Shown here: positions 38,202 through 49,720 of the stretch, one piece after another | Layout of the letters: each line of letters begins with the position of its first letter | Position numbering within the stretch: position 1 is the first letter of the stretch | Assembly (NCBI RefSeq): GCF_006345805.1 | Contig: NC_043012.1 | Coordinates: forward strand, 42,594,001-42,658,000 | Direction of reading: 5' to 3' | DNA: 64,000 nucleotides | From: Octopus sinensis | Lineage: Eukaryota | Program-made: the position numbers and the translations under genes | Notes under the pieces: model-generated | What the model was told of the DNA's origin: nothing | Seen by the model: only the letters and a program-made list of their open reading frames with translations | The model's database searches: none

Positions 38202-39752
38202 GTGCTAAATTATTTGTTTTGATGAGATGTAAAAGTCAATATGTTCGATTGTTCTTTCTGTTCTATTCTGACAATGTATGTTTTATGCTTTTATTTGATG
38301 GTGTCTTATTATCAGTGTATTACATTTTATTTAATTTATTTAGTTTATTTTTGATTCTTTGTTCTTTTATCCTTGTATACTGTATTTTATTGCTCAAAGG
38401 AGAAGAATTCTTCACTATATCTTAGTTTCTTATGGAGACACATAGCATGCCACAATTACCAAAATGTATTGATAGAGAAATAAATGAAATGGCAAATAAA
38501 AAACAAAGTACTTTTTGAAAAGTTGCATCAGCAGCTATGATGCATGACAATTGTTTGCACAGCATCTCACCTGCAAGGTGCTGGGGCATGATGGGTCAAA
38601 ACAATCATAGTGATTCTGAATAAAGAGTCTTGTGAATTCCATTATCTTTCTTTTATATTTTTATAAACTGTATGGATACGAAAGAATTCCTGAAGTAAAT
38701 CCAGTGGCAATTACCTCCATACTGATGTTGACATCAGTTAACCATATATTGTGAATGGGCTTTATAACAGCATAATACAAGGTGTATACCGAAATATAAA
38801 ATTATTACTTATATAAATCAGAGCAGATTTATATAAGTAATAAACAAAACAAATATTTTATGAAAGGCACAAATCTGTTGTACTAAAGCACAAAAGTAGT
38901 TGTATGAAAGCTTAAAAAATAATACGTAGGTTGTGTACCCTAGTATGCTATACTCTACATTCTACTATGCACTGGGGTTATATGAGATGCAACACAGCAG
39001 TTATAGCATCTGATAATTTTTTTGCTAATTCATCTGCATTTATTTAATAATAACAGCAGTAGTATTGATTCTTTGGAATTTACTGGGGCTATCTGGTAAT
39101 CTGAAAAGAGAATTTAAACTTATGAATTGATTTTGCAGCTATGTTGAAGTGTGTCATTATTTTTGTGTTTTTGGTGTAATGTAACTGTTGAAATATGCTA
39201 GAGCTGTGTAGTTGGGAGCAGAGAGCAGCCAAAAATTAACAGCTATTTACAGCAGGCTTCATAGAATAAGAACCTAGCCAGATCTTTCCTACAAACAATT
39301 AAGCTAGGTCACATCAATCTCAGTAGTGTGGAAGGGCCTACAAAAGTTGTGAACACTGTTCTTTCTTTGAATAGATTCTGAAAAAATATACTCTTTTTGT
39401 ACAACTAGATCTTTTATTTGTTCGCTTTCTGAAAATACTAACTCATCTTTAGAATGACACAAAGTTGTGAGGTTTTAAAACTGATGTGTACCCGGCTTTT
39501 ATTAACTTGGCTATTTCAGGTTTTTTCAAGTATTGTGATGCTTAGATGTATAATTTTGAAGATACAAAAGTCAGCTAATTTAACTTTGGTTTCTAAAAAA
39601 ATATTTTCATTAAATATTTTTGTATCTATTGGAAACATATTTGATAACATTTTTGATCTAATCTAAGAACAATAAAATTTCTCAGATGTATTGTGAAGTA
39701 ATGTATATTGAAATTAAATTGGAATTTGGCTGTAATACAAACTAGAGCATAC

Positions 39753-39815
39753 CTTTATGGCATTGTGGACCAAAAGGCTCACCAACTCCTGATCCAACAA
39801 ATACTTTACCATCAT
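39753..39815 (-). CDS. SPRYD3: SPRY domain-containing protein 3, exon (63 nt, phase 1-1)
   Basis: ttcag|AT GAT GGT...AAA G|gtatg encodes DDGKVFVGSGVGEPFGPQCHK(G), matching the SPRYD3 DDGKIFHGSGVGDPFGPRCYKG motif recalled from the human protein. Confidence 0.88.
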
Positions 39816-40047
39816 CTGAAATTGAAAATTAATTAACAGAAGTGGTAAAAAAATCAATAAATATATTAAACAATGTTGTTTTCATTAAGAATGGATTATT
39901 TAAGAAGTCTATCAGAATAATAAAACCATCACTAAAATAAATATCTTATACAAACTAAATAAATCCATCACTGACTTGCATAATGTTGTATCATAAAAAT
40001 GATGGAAGTAAATATAGCTTAAAATAGGATAAGAGAGTCAAAACTAC

Positions 40048-40105
40048 CTGCATGGTAGGCTATTGAACCAATATTCCATCCAGGATACCGATGCTTTGGA
40101 TAGTC
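40048..40105 (-). CDS. SPRYD3: SPRYD3 exon (58 nt, phase 0-1)
   Basis: tgtag|GAC...GCA G|gtagt encodes DYPKHRYPGWNIGSIAYHA (cf. DYPKNRHPGWSRGSVAYHA). Confidence 0.88.
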
Positions 40106-40222
40106 CTACAATCAAAATTACAAATCTTTGAACAAAGTAGTATTAAATTTTTTAGTATTTCAAAAAATATTTTTGTCTTTTATAAATCATGTTTGAAAAC
40201 AAGGGTCAAATCAAAAACTTAC

Positions 40223-40372
40223 TCGTCGGGCAAGTCCAATTGCAATAGAACAATTCTCACCAGGGTCAACAATTTCCAATTCAAAATAATGGTATGTGGG
40301 GTCAAGTGGTGATCTTGCCTGTGCCAAACCAACATCTATAAGCTTTTTTCCTCGACCTGTGTATTCCATAAT
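40223..40372 (-). CDS. SPRYD3: SPRYD3 exon (150 nt, phase 0-0)
   Basis: tacag|ATT...CGA|gtaag encodes IMEYTGRGKKLIDVGLAQARSPLDPTYHYFELEIVDPGENCSIAIGLARR. Confidence 0.92.
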
Positions 40373-41289
40373 CTGTAGACAATTCAATTTAAAACTGTCA
40401 TTAACTAATTTTACTAAATCTGAATAAAAAAATATCAGCACAAAATTCAAGTATTTTATCTATGTTTTTTTTTCTGTTACATGTTTTTAGAATGCATTTT
40501 AAATTATTTTCAGTGCTGTTGCTTAACTCCAGGATATCCTAGACTGAGCAGACTCATCATCAAAGGCATACCAGTTCTGTGCATCCTGTTTTTTTTCAGA
40601 AGTCCGTAGAATATGTCTTTCTCTTTATTTAGATGTGATTTAAGAAGATTCAGCTGCTATTTCCAGTAGGCCCAGTATTCATATAAAATACTCCAAAACA
40701 ACATGATGTAATGACCAATTAGCCCTCAGTTATGTACGTCTGATTTAGCAAATAAACTTTATATTATTATACAATTATCAATTAGTGCTCAGACACTGTA
40801 TAAGGACTTACAATCACTTTATTATCCCTAAATGTGTCCTTGTTATCATTTACCATCTTCAGCTGCCTTGACCATACCATATTGGACCCTTCAGTCTTGA
40901 CTGTGTTCTACTGTCATATAAAAAACTGCCTACAGTTCTGGGCTGGATGAAAGCATATCACTTTCTATATTACGATATTTTGGATACCTAATTTTTTATC
41001 TATCTATCTTAAAACTGAGATATTGTTGATAATATTTTAAAGGAACAAAAAAATCATCACTTTACCTGTAGAGAGGTAATTATTGAATCTATAAAAAAGG
41101 TTTTTCCTCTGAATAACAGATTTGATCTTTATAAATAAAAAGTAATGTTACAAGTCAGCCATGGAAAATAACAATGATTCTTCAAATTCCTTCAGTTTTA
41201 TAAGTTTTATAGCACAGTCTGATCTATACAGTAAAACATTTGAGTGTTGGGTCCCATAGGGGTAGTGACAATATACTGTGCTTGAGTAG

Positions 41290-41506
41290 ACCTGTAAAGT
41301 CAAGAGAAACTGTAGTCATGGCTGATGCTGGTGTCAGGTCAATGGCATGTAAAAAAACAGCTAATATCCTCTTGGAATGGTTAGCATTAGGAAGGGTATC
41401 CATCTGTAGAAACCTTGCCAAATCAGATTGGAACCTGGTGCATCTCCCCAACTTACCAATTTTTCAGTCAAACCACCCAACCCATGCCAACATGGAAAGA
41501 TGTTAA

Positions 41507-41539
<33 letters not shown>

Positions 41540-41540
41540 T
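41290..41540 (+). mobile_element. Decayed RTE-tail element
   Basis: GGAATGGTTAGCATTAGGAAGGGTATCCATC...GTTAAAT(GAT)n. Confidence 0.75.
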
Positions 41541-42699
41541 ATTCTTGATATTGGACTGAGAGGTAAGAATATTCTATTAATTTTGGTGTTTCCAGTAACT
41601 GGTAAAGTATCTCAATCTTGGTCAGAATTTTTAGGATATACATAAGTGACACATAATTGAATATGGTGGTCTCCCATAGGATCTTATCACTGCAAATGAT
41701 TTAGTGAATTTGAAAGATTTCATTAGAAGAAATCAATAGGTTATTTTCTCAAGATGGATAAAATCCCATCTACTATGTCCTCATTTCATAGACATCAAAG
41801 TCAATGAACAGCCACCTGAAAGACTTTATTTTGCAATGGCATTCTCCAAGTAAAACCTCACTACTGATCTGGCTCACATGACCTGGTAAGTATATAACAT
41901 GCCTAAGGTGCCATGCAAAGAGACTCAATATAAGATTACATAGTTGCAAAGTGAACTTTTTAACTAAACAACATGTCTGTGCTTCTATTTCATGTTTGAA
42001 AATCCACTTCACTATCTAAAATTCAAAACAGTTATTGATGGTAAAAAATTTTGAACAGGTGAAGAGTGAACTAATGATTATTATTGCAATTTCTGTTATG
42101 TGTTACTGTCTGTTATCTTTTGCATATTCTTATGTAAATGAATTTATCCTGAAACTTTTACATACACCTTCTGCTGTAATTTGTTATGCATGAGTCAGAT
42201 CACTTCCATTTTGGTGCCAATATGATGTAACATCATTTGAGTCTATAAAAGGGTACTATCTGATGTAAAACAAACAAGACTGTCCATTTCATTTATCTCT
42301 GAATAAAGCAAAGCCTTTCTACTGATTTTGTTAGTGTTTTACATCAGATGATATACAGGATTAAGTTGAGTCAAGGCGTTAATGACAAATTATGAGACTG
42401 GGTAAGGGTATAAACAAAGAAGATATTCTTAAAATAACATATTATGAAGGTATTGTAAAAATATTAAACAAATAGCAATAATACAACAATATTAAATCTC
42501 TGAGTGAGAAATAAAGAGTAGCCGTACGGAATCATAAAATATAATTGCCAACTAGATGTGGCGGTCCCATAGAGAGCGATGCTACTGTTGTTTTTAGTCC
42601 TAGGAGGACCTCCTCCAGCTGGTTAACAACACACTGTATGTGTCTGATTAGTATTTGAAAGGAGAAAATCATCGTTTCCATCTCTAGCCTTACATGATA

Positions 42700-42744
42700 C
42701 ACACAGACCCGGGTTTCTGGGTAGTAACCTGTCATCAATGTGTG
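42700..42744 (-). ncRNA. Type I hammerhead motif (copy A)
   Basis: CACACA-TTGATGA-CAGGTTACTACCCA-GAAA-CCCGGG-TC-TGTGTG. Stem I is 6 bp, stem III ACCCGGGT is palindromic, the triplet is GUC, and the core has C3>U. Confidence 0.72.
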
Positions 42745-43203
42745 ATAATCACGAGCTAGTGATGAGAACTCATTCCACAAGCAAAATACTATATGCTTTT
42801 TCCAGTGACAAATAAGAAATATTAAATCTCTGAGCAAGAAGTAAACAGTAGCAGCACGGAATTGTAAAACATAACTGCCAACTAGATGTCACGGATTACT
42901 ACCCGGAGACCTAGGTCTGTATGTCACATAAGGCTAGAGATGGGAACGATGATTTCCCCCCACAAATATTAATCAGACACAGATAGCGTGTCATTAACCA
43001 GATGGAGATGTCCAACAGTAGCATCGTCTTCACATCTAGTTGGCAATTATATTTTATGATTCCGTGCTGCTACTGTTTACTTCTCGCTCAGAGTTTTAAT
43101 ATTGCTTATTTCTCCTTTTCTAAGATCAGCGACAGTTTGTCACTGGAAAAAGCATATAGCATTTTGTGTGTGGAGTGAGTTCTCATCACTAGTTCATGAT
43201 TAT

Positions 43204-43248
43204 CACACACTGATGACAGGTTATTACCCAGAAACCCAGATCTGTGTG
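43204..43248 (+). ncRNA. Type I hammerhead motif (copy C)
   Basis: CACACA-CTGATGA-CAGGTTATTACCCA-GAAA-CCCAGA-TC-TGTGTG. The core is intact and stem III has two G>A changes. Confidence 0.7.
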
Positions 43249-43512
43249 TATCTCGTAATGCTAGAGATGGGAATGATGATTTCCCCTTGCAAATTCTAAT
43301 CGGACACAGACAGTGTGTCATTAGCCACCTGGAGGATATGTCCTCCTGGGGCTAAAAACAACAGTAGCATCGTCCTCTATGGGACTGCCACATCTAGTTG
43401 GCAATTATATTTTACAATAATACAACATTTTAGAGAATAAATCCATTTCTAAGAAAGATGGTATTAATATGAACAAAAAACTACAATAAAATTATACCAA
43501 ACTACTACTGAC

Positions 43513-43698
43513 ACATCCATTTAAGCGAATCTGATGCAAACGGGACCATTCATCATCAATATTGTCAACGGTCATTAGAATAACTTCATCATGCTGAAAA
43601 TGGCTGTCCAAATGAAGCTCTAGTTCTTCTCCTTCAGAATGTAGACCAACAATAGGAAAAAGTCCTCCATGAGGCCAGGGCACAACAACAGTACCAAT
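43513..43698 (-). CDS. SPRYD3: SPRYD3 exon (186 nt, phase 0-0)
   Basis: caacag|ATT...TGT|gtcag encodes IGTVVVPWPHGGLFPIVGLHSEGEELELHL...MTVDNIDDEWSRLHQIRLNGC (cf. GLFPAVGMHSLGEEVRLHL...MMVDSYEDEWGRLHDVRVCG). Confidence 0.92.
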
Positions 43699-45119
43699 CT
43701 GTTGCAAAAAAAAACAAAATTAAAAAAATTAAAAAAACACAGCATATTATGAGAATATAAGAAAAATAAAATAATCATATAAATACTTTTTACATGGACA
43801 GGATATAAAGGATATAAAATTGTGATGTTCAAGTCCAGTCCAAGGAAAGTAGTAATACAAGTGTATTAGTTGTAGATTGAGAAATCTATAGCATCTACTT
43901 ATCAACAGCAATGCCACTGTCACTGTCAGAGGATACTTATCATCATGGAATGCTTCTTGGATGCTCTCAAAATTAACCCTTAACACTTTTAAATATAAAT
44001 GAATCGACCAAAAATATAATGAAAGGCTTGAAGGATGATTTACTTGTGAAATTTTATTGCACTTTATAGTGGCAATCAACCACTATACATACAAAGTGAG
44101 CACATGTCACACCAACACTAAACTAATTCAGGCACTCCAACACACACATATAAAATCAAATGATAAAAACCACAGATCAAATTATATAACTCACATCATT
44201 CAACCTAAGATTAAAAGGAGAAGTTGATGCATACAAAATACAAGAATTTCCCACAGTAACAGAAATTCCATTACTTCACCATAATGTGTAATTAATTTTC
44301 CCATTGATTTTCATGTCATAAAGTAAGAATGCATTCTAATGGATTTCTTCGAAAAACAACAAAAAACAAGTGACACAGCCACTTTTTAAGCATGAAAATA
44401 ACGATTTCTAAATGTATACAGTACAACATAGATATACACGAAAACATTTGAAAAGAAATACATTAAGGTATAAATGAGAAGTTTAATATCATACAGACTA
44501 CATTCTAACCACAAATGAGGTGGACCAATGGGAAAGGACTGTTATGGAATGAGAGCAACTGAGATGAAGGCCACTATATTTCAGCTTATAGTTTATCAGT
44601 ACTGAAATCTAGTTGAGAGGTGATGAAAATTGTTTGTTTGTTCATAGCCCATCATTTTTTTCTTACAGCTCAGTGTAAGAACTCGGATCATTATAAACTC
44701 CTCTTCTAATTTTTATGTTACATGCACATTTTGGATTATCAGTAAAAACTTACATACATTCCCCTTTAAGTACCAACCCTTTAGCAATATTCTTTTGTAG
44801 TCAATTCAAGTGGAGTTGGTAGCATTTCCATATTTTCAGTTTACACTTGTTCTAAGAGTATCAGCTCCTTGACACTAGCAACTCATTATGAATTCTTCAA
44901 ACTCTACATCATTTGCAAGAGTTGCAATATCTTCCTGAATTTGATGTAGACCTTCTGCTAGTGGAAAATTTGTTAAGTCATGGATACAGTCTGGTTAAAT
45001 ATTTTTGCAAGCATTTTTCAAAGTGATAGTGGACTCACTGGCTATATGAGAATGCAAGCTTTATATGTGATAGATGCACCGAAGCAGAATGTACAAGCAT
45101 ATTTGAAATTGAGTCTCTT

Positions 45120-46395
45120 AAATGCCCAGATAGCTCATTAGAAGTAGTTGATAGCTTCTGTTACCTATGAGATGTAATTAGCAAGGGAGGTGGCTGCTCT
45201 GATAGTATAGTTGCTAGAGTAAGAACTGGTTGGAGAATGTTCAGGAAGCTACTACCATTGTTGACAACAAAGATCTTTTCCCTAAGAATGAAGGGTAGAT
45301 TGTATCATGCTTATGTATGCAGCACTGTAGTGAGATATGGGTATAAAATGCAGAGGATTTAAGAAGACTGGAAAAAAAAAACAAGGTGAGCATGTTCTGT
45401 TGGATGTACAATATGAGTGTGCATGAAAGAATTAGCACAAAAGTGTTGAGTGAAAAATTGAGTATAAAAGGAATCAGATGCCATGTCCAAGAAAGAAAAC
45501 TGCACTGGTGTGTGCAGTATATGATGTGTATGGATGAAGAGAGCTGTATAAAGAAGTGTAGTTAGCTTAATGTGGCTGGGACCTACAGAAAAGAAAGACC
45601 CAAGAAAATATGAGATGAAGGTGAAAGCTGACCTGGACACTGGGCCTAAGAGATAAGATGACAAAGAATTGGGATTTCTGGTGATATGAGGTTCTCAAAA
45701 AGATTCACTCTCATAAATAAAACTGACACTTGGAAGCGCTATGTTTTGGGTTCAATCATTACAGTGACTCCCTCCCCTCATGCATTATGCCTGCCTCTTC
45801 CCCACTGGCTCCACAGAACTAACCAACCATATCATATCTGTCTTGTCCTTCCTTCCCCTCTCCAGCAACTGTATCATCTTTACTACTCCTGCTACTTGCT
45901 GCTTCTGTTCTTCTACATCCCTCTATCTTCCCTAGCTCCTGGCTCTCATTTCAGTCACCCTTCAGTCCTAACCACTTTAGTAGTCTGCCTCTCTACCCTC
46001 ATTCACCTTCCCATACAGACTTGCAAACTATCTATCACTTCTACTCAGATTGGGCCTTGTGGGGCCACCTCTAAGTGACCTCACATTATTTAGGTCTTGT
46101 AGCTTCTACTGATCATCTCTTTTTCTTTTCACCTCCGTCACTCCCTCTCATAGTAATCTCCTTAGCATGAAGCTGACCCCTCCTGATTTCCCCCAGGACT
46201 CAATGACTTGTGAATTGCACAGTGACTTTGTGCAGGTGGCATGAAGGAAAAACATCCAGTTTATGCTGTAAAGTGGTTGGCACTAGGAAGATTATCCAGC
46301 TATAAAAACCATGCCAAAGCAGACATTGGAGTTCAATGCAGTCCTTGGATACATCAGACCCTATCAAACTGTCTAAACAATGCCAGCATGGAACA
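45120..46395 (+). mobile_element. Decayed RTE LINE 3' end (RT C-terminus + 3' UTR); tail resumes at 47503-47535
   Basis: LEVVDSFCYL...GGCSDSIVARVRTGWRMFRKLLPLL, homologous to 19740-20330. The tail is split by the MITE below. Confidence 0.8.
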
Positions 46396-46400
46396 TGTAT

Positions 46401-46704
46401 AGGATCTTTTCCTTTTGATGGACAGAATTTTCTAGTTAACTAAACAATTTGAAACTTCGTATACTGGTAGAATGTGTCAAAAGAAAACATTATTGTAAAC
46501 AAAATTGAAAACAAAATTGTAATTTGTAAGTTTAACGTAGTTTAATTATTCGAATTTTAACCAATGAAATTCGAGCATTTGAGCTCAAATCATTTGCTGC
46601 GTTATCGATATTGATAAAGAAACATAGCAGACGCATGCCGCATACACACACACACACACACATATTCAGGTACATACACACATACACTTGCACACACACA
46701 CACA

Positions 46705-46744
<40 letters not shown>

Positions 46745-47502
46745 CTGTCACTCTCTCTCTCTCTAACACATGCATATACATTTGCATAAGTACATAGTAA
46801 TTAATATATAAGCGTACACACACATACAAACGGAGATATACATACACACACATACGCACACAAGCATACATACACGTTCGTGAGTTGCCCCTTGCCGCAA
46901 CAAATTTACACAAAAGGTAAATAAACCAGAAGGGGGGGGTCAATAAATTAAGTACCAATTATCCACTGGTGTCGAGGATTTTTTTCCTAATTTATATCAC
47001 AGCTTCCGACAAGCTGGGGTATCCTCTTATGAAAAAATATTTCGCAAATTTTTACAATACGACTCACACTCTACGCGCAAACTCTAGACCGCGTTAGGCA
47101 TATTACTGTTTTGCTTTTGTTGTTTTGGGCCCTTCAAAACTATGGGAGAAGCCTTTTCGGTAAAAAAAAATAAAGACAATATCGTTAATATTTTTATTGG
47201 GCGACGAAATTCATCGATTTAAGAGATATAGCTGTTATTTCTAGCACATGCAGAAGACAGAAGAGAGAGAAGGATGAATAAGACGTGTGTGTGTGAGTTT
47301 TTAGACGCAGCAAATGATTTGAGCTCAAATGCTGCGATTTCATTGGTTAAAATTCAAATAATTAAACTACGTTAAACAAATTACAATTTTGTTTTCAATT
47401 TTGTTTACAATAATGTTTTCTTTTGACACATTCTACCAGTATACGAAGTTTCAAATTGTTTAGTTAACTAGAAAATTCCGTCCATCAAAAGGAAAAGATC
47501 CC
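46401..47502. mobile_element. Non-autonomous DNA transposon with ~200-bp TIRs
   Basis: GGATCTTTTCCTTTTGATGGAC... at the left and ...GTCCATCAAAAGGAAAAGATCC at the right. Flanked by ATGTAT/ATGGAT. Confidence 0.85.
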
Positions 47503-48018
47503 ATGGATATTAAATGATAATGATGATGATGATGAGTTTCAAAGTTGAGAGTTTTATTTTATCCTACAACTCAATTATGCTATCCACAATATGTTGCATT
47601 TCTGTGGTTCTTTTTTCCCTTAACAATCTTTCAAAAGTTATTTGAAAGTTGTTTTGATAATAGGCCTTGAAGTTAGCTATCAGAATTAATCCAATAACTA
47701 GAGAAAAGAAGTTGTATTCTTGGGGATATACTTCTTCTCATTACCAGTGCAAATTTCCAAAAGAATGCTTTGTTGAAAATATCGTCTAACACTCTACCTT
47801 TGTCTTCAGTAATACACAAATAGAGACATTAATTTCATATATTTCATATTTAATTTCATATCACATAATTTTTGGAAGCTTTAAATCTTGGCGTTGATTT
47901 TCCATCTTGAGAAATGAAAGTTCTAGCAAGTATGAACTTATAAAATAGTGTTGTTTTGTCAACACTGCACTGGTGTGTAGCAACCTTTAGCAAAGGCTTT
48001 TTTCAGTGGCTCAAGATA

Positions 48019-49288
48019 CGAGGGGCGTTCAATAAGTAATGCCCCTGACCCACTTCCCATAGCAGTAGAGCAACGACACTTGGCACAGTTATTAGTCTTT
48101 TCCTACATAGGAACTACCCAGAGTTATGCATTTCTCCCATCGTTTGATACAGCTCTGGAGACCGTTTTTGTAGAAGACCCCAGCTTGGTCCTCCAACCAC
48201 GACATGACTTCAGAAATCAAGGCTGCATCATCTGGGAAACGCTTTCCTTTCAAAATCAACTTCATGGCTGGGAAGAGGTGAAAATCAGAGGGTGCAAGGG
48301 GAGGAGTTCATAGCTGCACGTCTGTGCTTCTGATCTGGTAACACGCGAGATGTGGACCGGAGCGTTGTCCTGCAGGAGGAGGATGCCTTTGCTGATCTTG
48401 CCCCGCCTCTTGATTTTGATAGCTTCTCTTAATTTCCTCAAAAGTGAAGCATAATAGGCTCCTGTAATTGTGGTACCCTTTGCCAGGAAATCTGTCATCA
48501 CTACTCCGTCCTGGTCCCAGAAGACTGTGAGCATAACCTTGTCAGCGGAGGGCTGCACCCTTGCCTTCTTTGGAGGAGGTGAGTCACGGTGCTTTCACTG
48601 CATTGACTGGGCTTTGGTCTATGGATCATAGTGATGGACCCAGGTTTTATCCTGTGTGATCAGTCTTTTGAAAAATTTTGACTCATCTTCTTGGCACATC
48701 TCCAAATTCATCCTCGAGCACTCAACGCGTTCTTGCTTCTGGAAAGGTGTGAGCAACCTGGAAATCCATCTGGCAGACACCTTTTGCATATGCAAATGGT
48801 CATGAATGATAGTTTCCACAGACCTGGTACTAATCTTGACCTTATGGGCTATTCGGCGAATAGTTATGCGTTGACCTTCCAAAATGGCAGCCTCAACTTG
48901 ACGGACAGACGTCTCATCAACGGCAGAAGGGGGCGACCAGATCTGGGAGCTGTTTCCACAGAGTTCAGACTATGTTTGAATTCACAATGCCAGCGTTTTA
49001 CAAGGTCATATGATGGGGCATCATCACCATAAGTTACTTTCATTTCATCAAAAGTCTCCCGTGGTGTGCGTCCTTTCAAATACAAAAACCAGATCACTGC
49101 TCGACACGCAACAGGCTCCATTTCACACTTGACTCAGTTCAAACACCTGTAAATCAGAAACCACAATTAGTTCAGAGCTGTAATTCGCCACTTAATCTAT
49201 AGAGGTATAAATAAGTACACATGCAAAATTTCAGCTAGATCAAACAACTGCAAGTGGGTCAGGGGCATTACTTATTGAACGCCCCTCG
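48019..49288 (-). mobile_element. mariner (Tc1/mariner) transposon, full length, transposase disrupted
   Basis: TA|CGAGGGGCGTTCAATAAGTAATGCCCCTGACCC TIRs at both ends with TA TSD. Transposase 49121 to ~48130 carries WISRLLT, ITQDKTWVHHYDP, LLQDNAPVH and LAPSDFHLF, with frameshifts and the HPPYSPD motif deleted. Confidence 0.96.
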
Positions 49289-49329
49289 TAATTAGTAGCA
49301 GCCTCTGGATCAACACTGGCAGCTTCACC

Positions 49330-49720
49330 AGTCATTTTTGATGTTCTGCAAATTCAAGCACTTCTTAAACCTTACTAACCAGAGAATGTTTCACTCACAT
49401 TTTCTGTAAATTGTTATACAAACTTTTGGCTCTTTATATTTACCATTGTGCTTATTGGTACATTATACTGAGTCTGATCCATGAAGCATCACATTAGATC
49501 TATGAAAAAAATAAGGCTTGAGCAATCAAAATAGTTTCTTGAAAACCTGACTTAATTTTCTCTCTAGTGTCACCTATTGTTCCTACTGCAGCCATTGCAA
49601 GCTTTGATGCTTCAGCAATGTGGCTGATATTTTTTCTTCTGTATCAATCCTTTTTAAAGTGTCAAGTTTCATATCCAGTGTAATCCCTTTAAGGTTCCTT
49701 TTTTGCACTACTGCTTTCAG
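49330..49720 (-). mobile_element. Tigger/pogo-like transposase N-terminal remnant
   Basis: KGITLDMKLDTLKRID resembles the HTH-psq start of Tigger transposases. Heavily decayed. Confidence 0.45.

Larger units (their letters stand above)
42489..43414. mobile_element. Non-coding HHR-bearing retroelement (retrozyme candidate) with 13-bp TSD
   Basis: CAATAATACAACA flanks the insertion at 42476-42488 and 43415-43427. The interior is ~1.2 units on the minus strand (42888 to 42489) and ~1.5 units on the plus strand (42888 to 43414) of a 331-358-bp unit carrying an HHR. Confidence 0.78.

Noticed and set aside
38576-38620. 45-nt AG/GT-bounded segment (NHYDCFDPSCPSTLQ) as a SPRYD3 exon
   Set aside because: In the required phase 1 it reaches TGA after three codons, and it has no SPRY similarity.
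39029-39100. ttttcag|ATTACC... as the SPRYD3 terminal exon (DYQIAPVN...CR*)
   Set aside because: All frames stop within about 25 codons and there is no homology to the expected GCG motif. It cannot be supported without RNA data.
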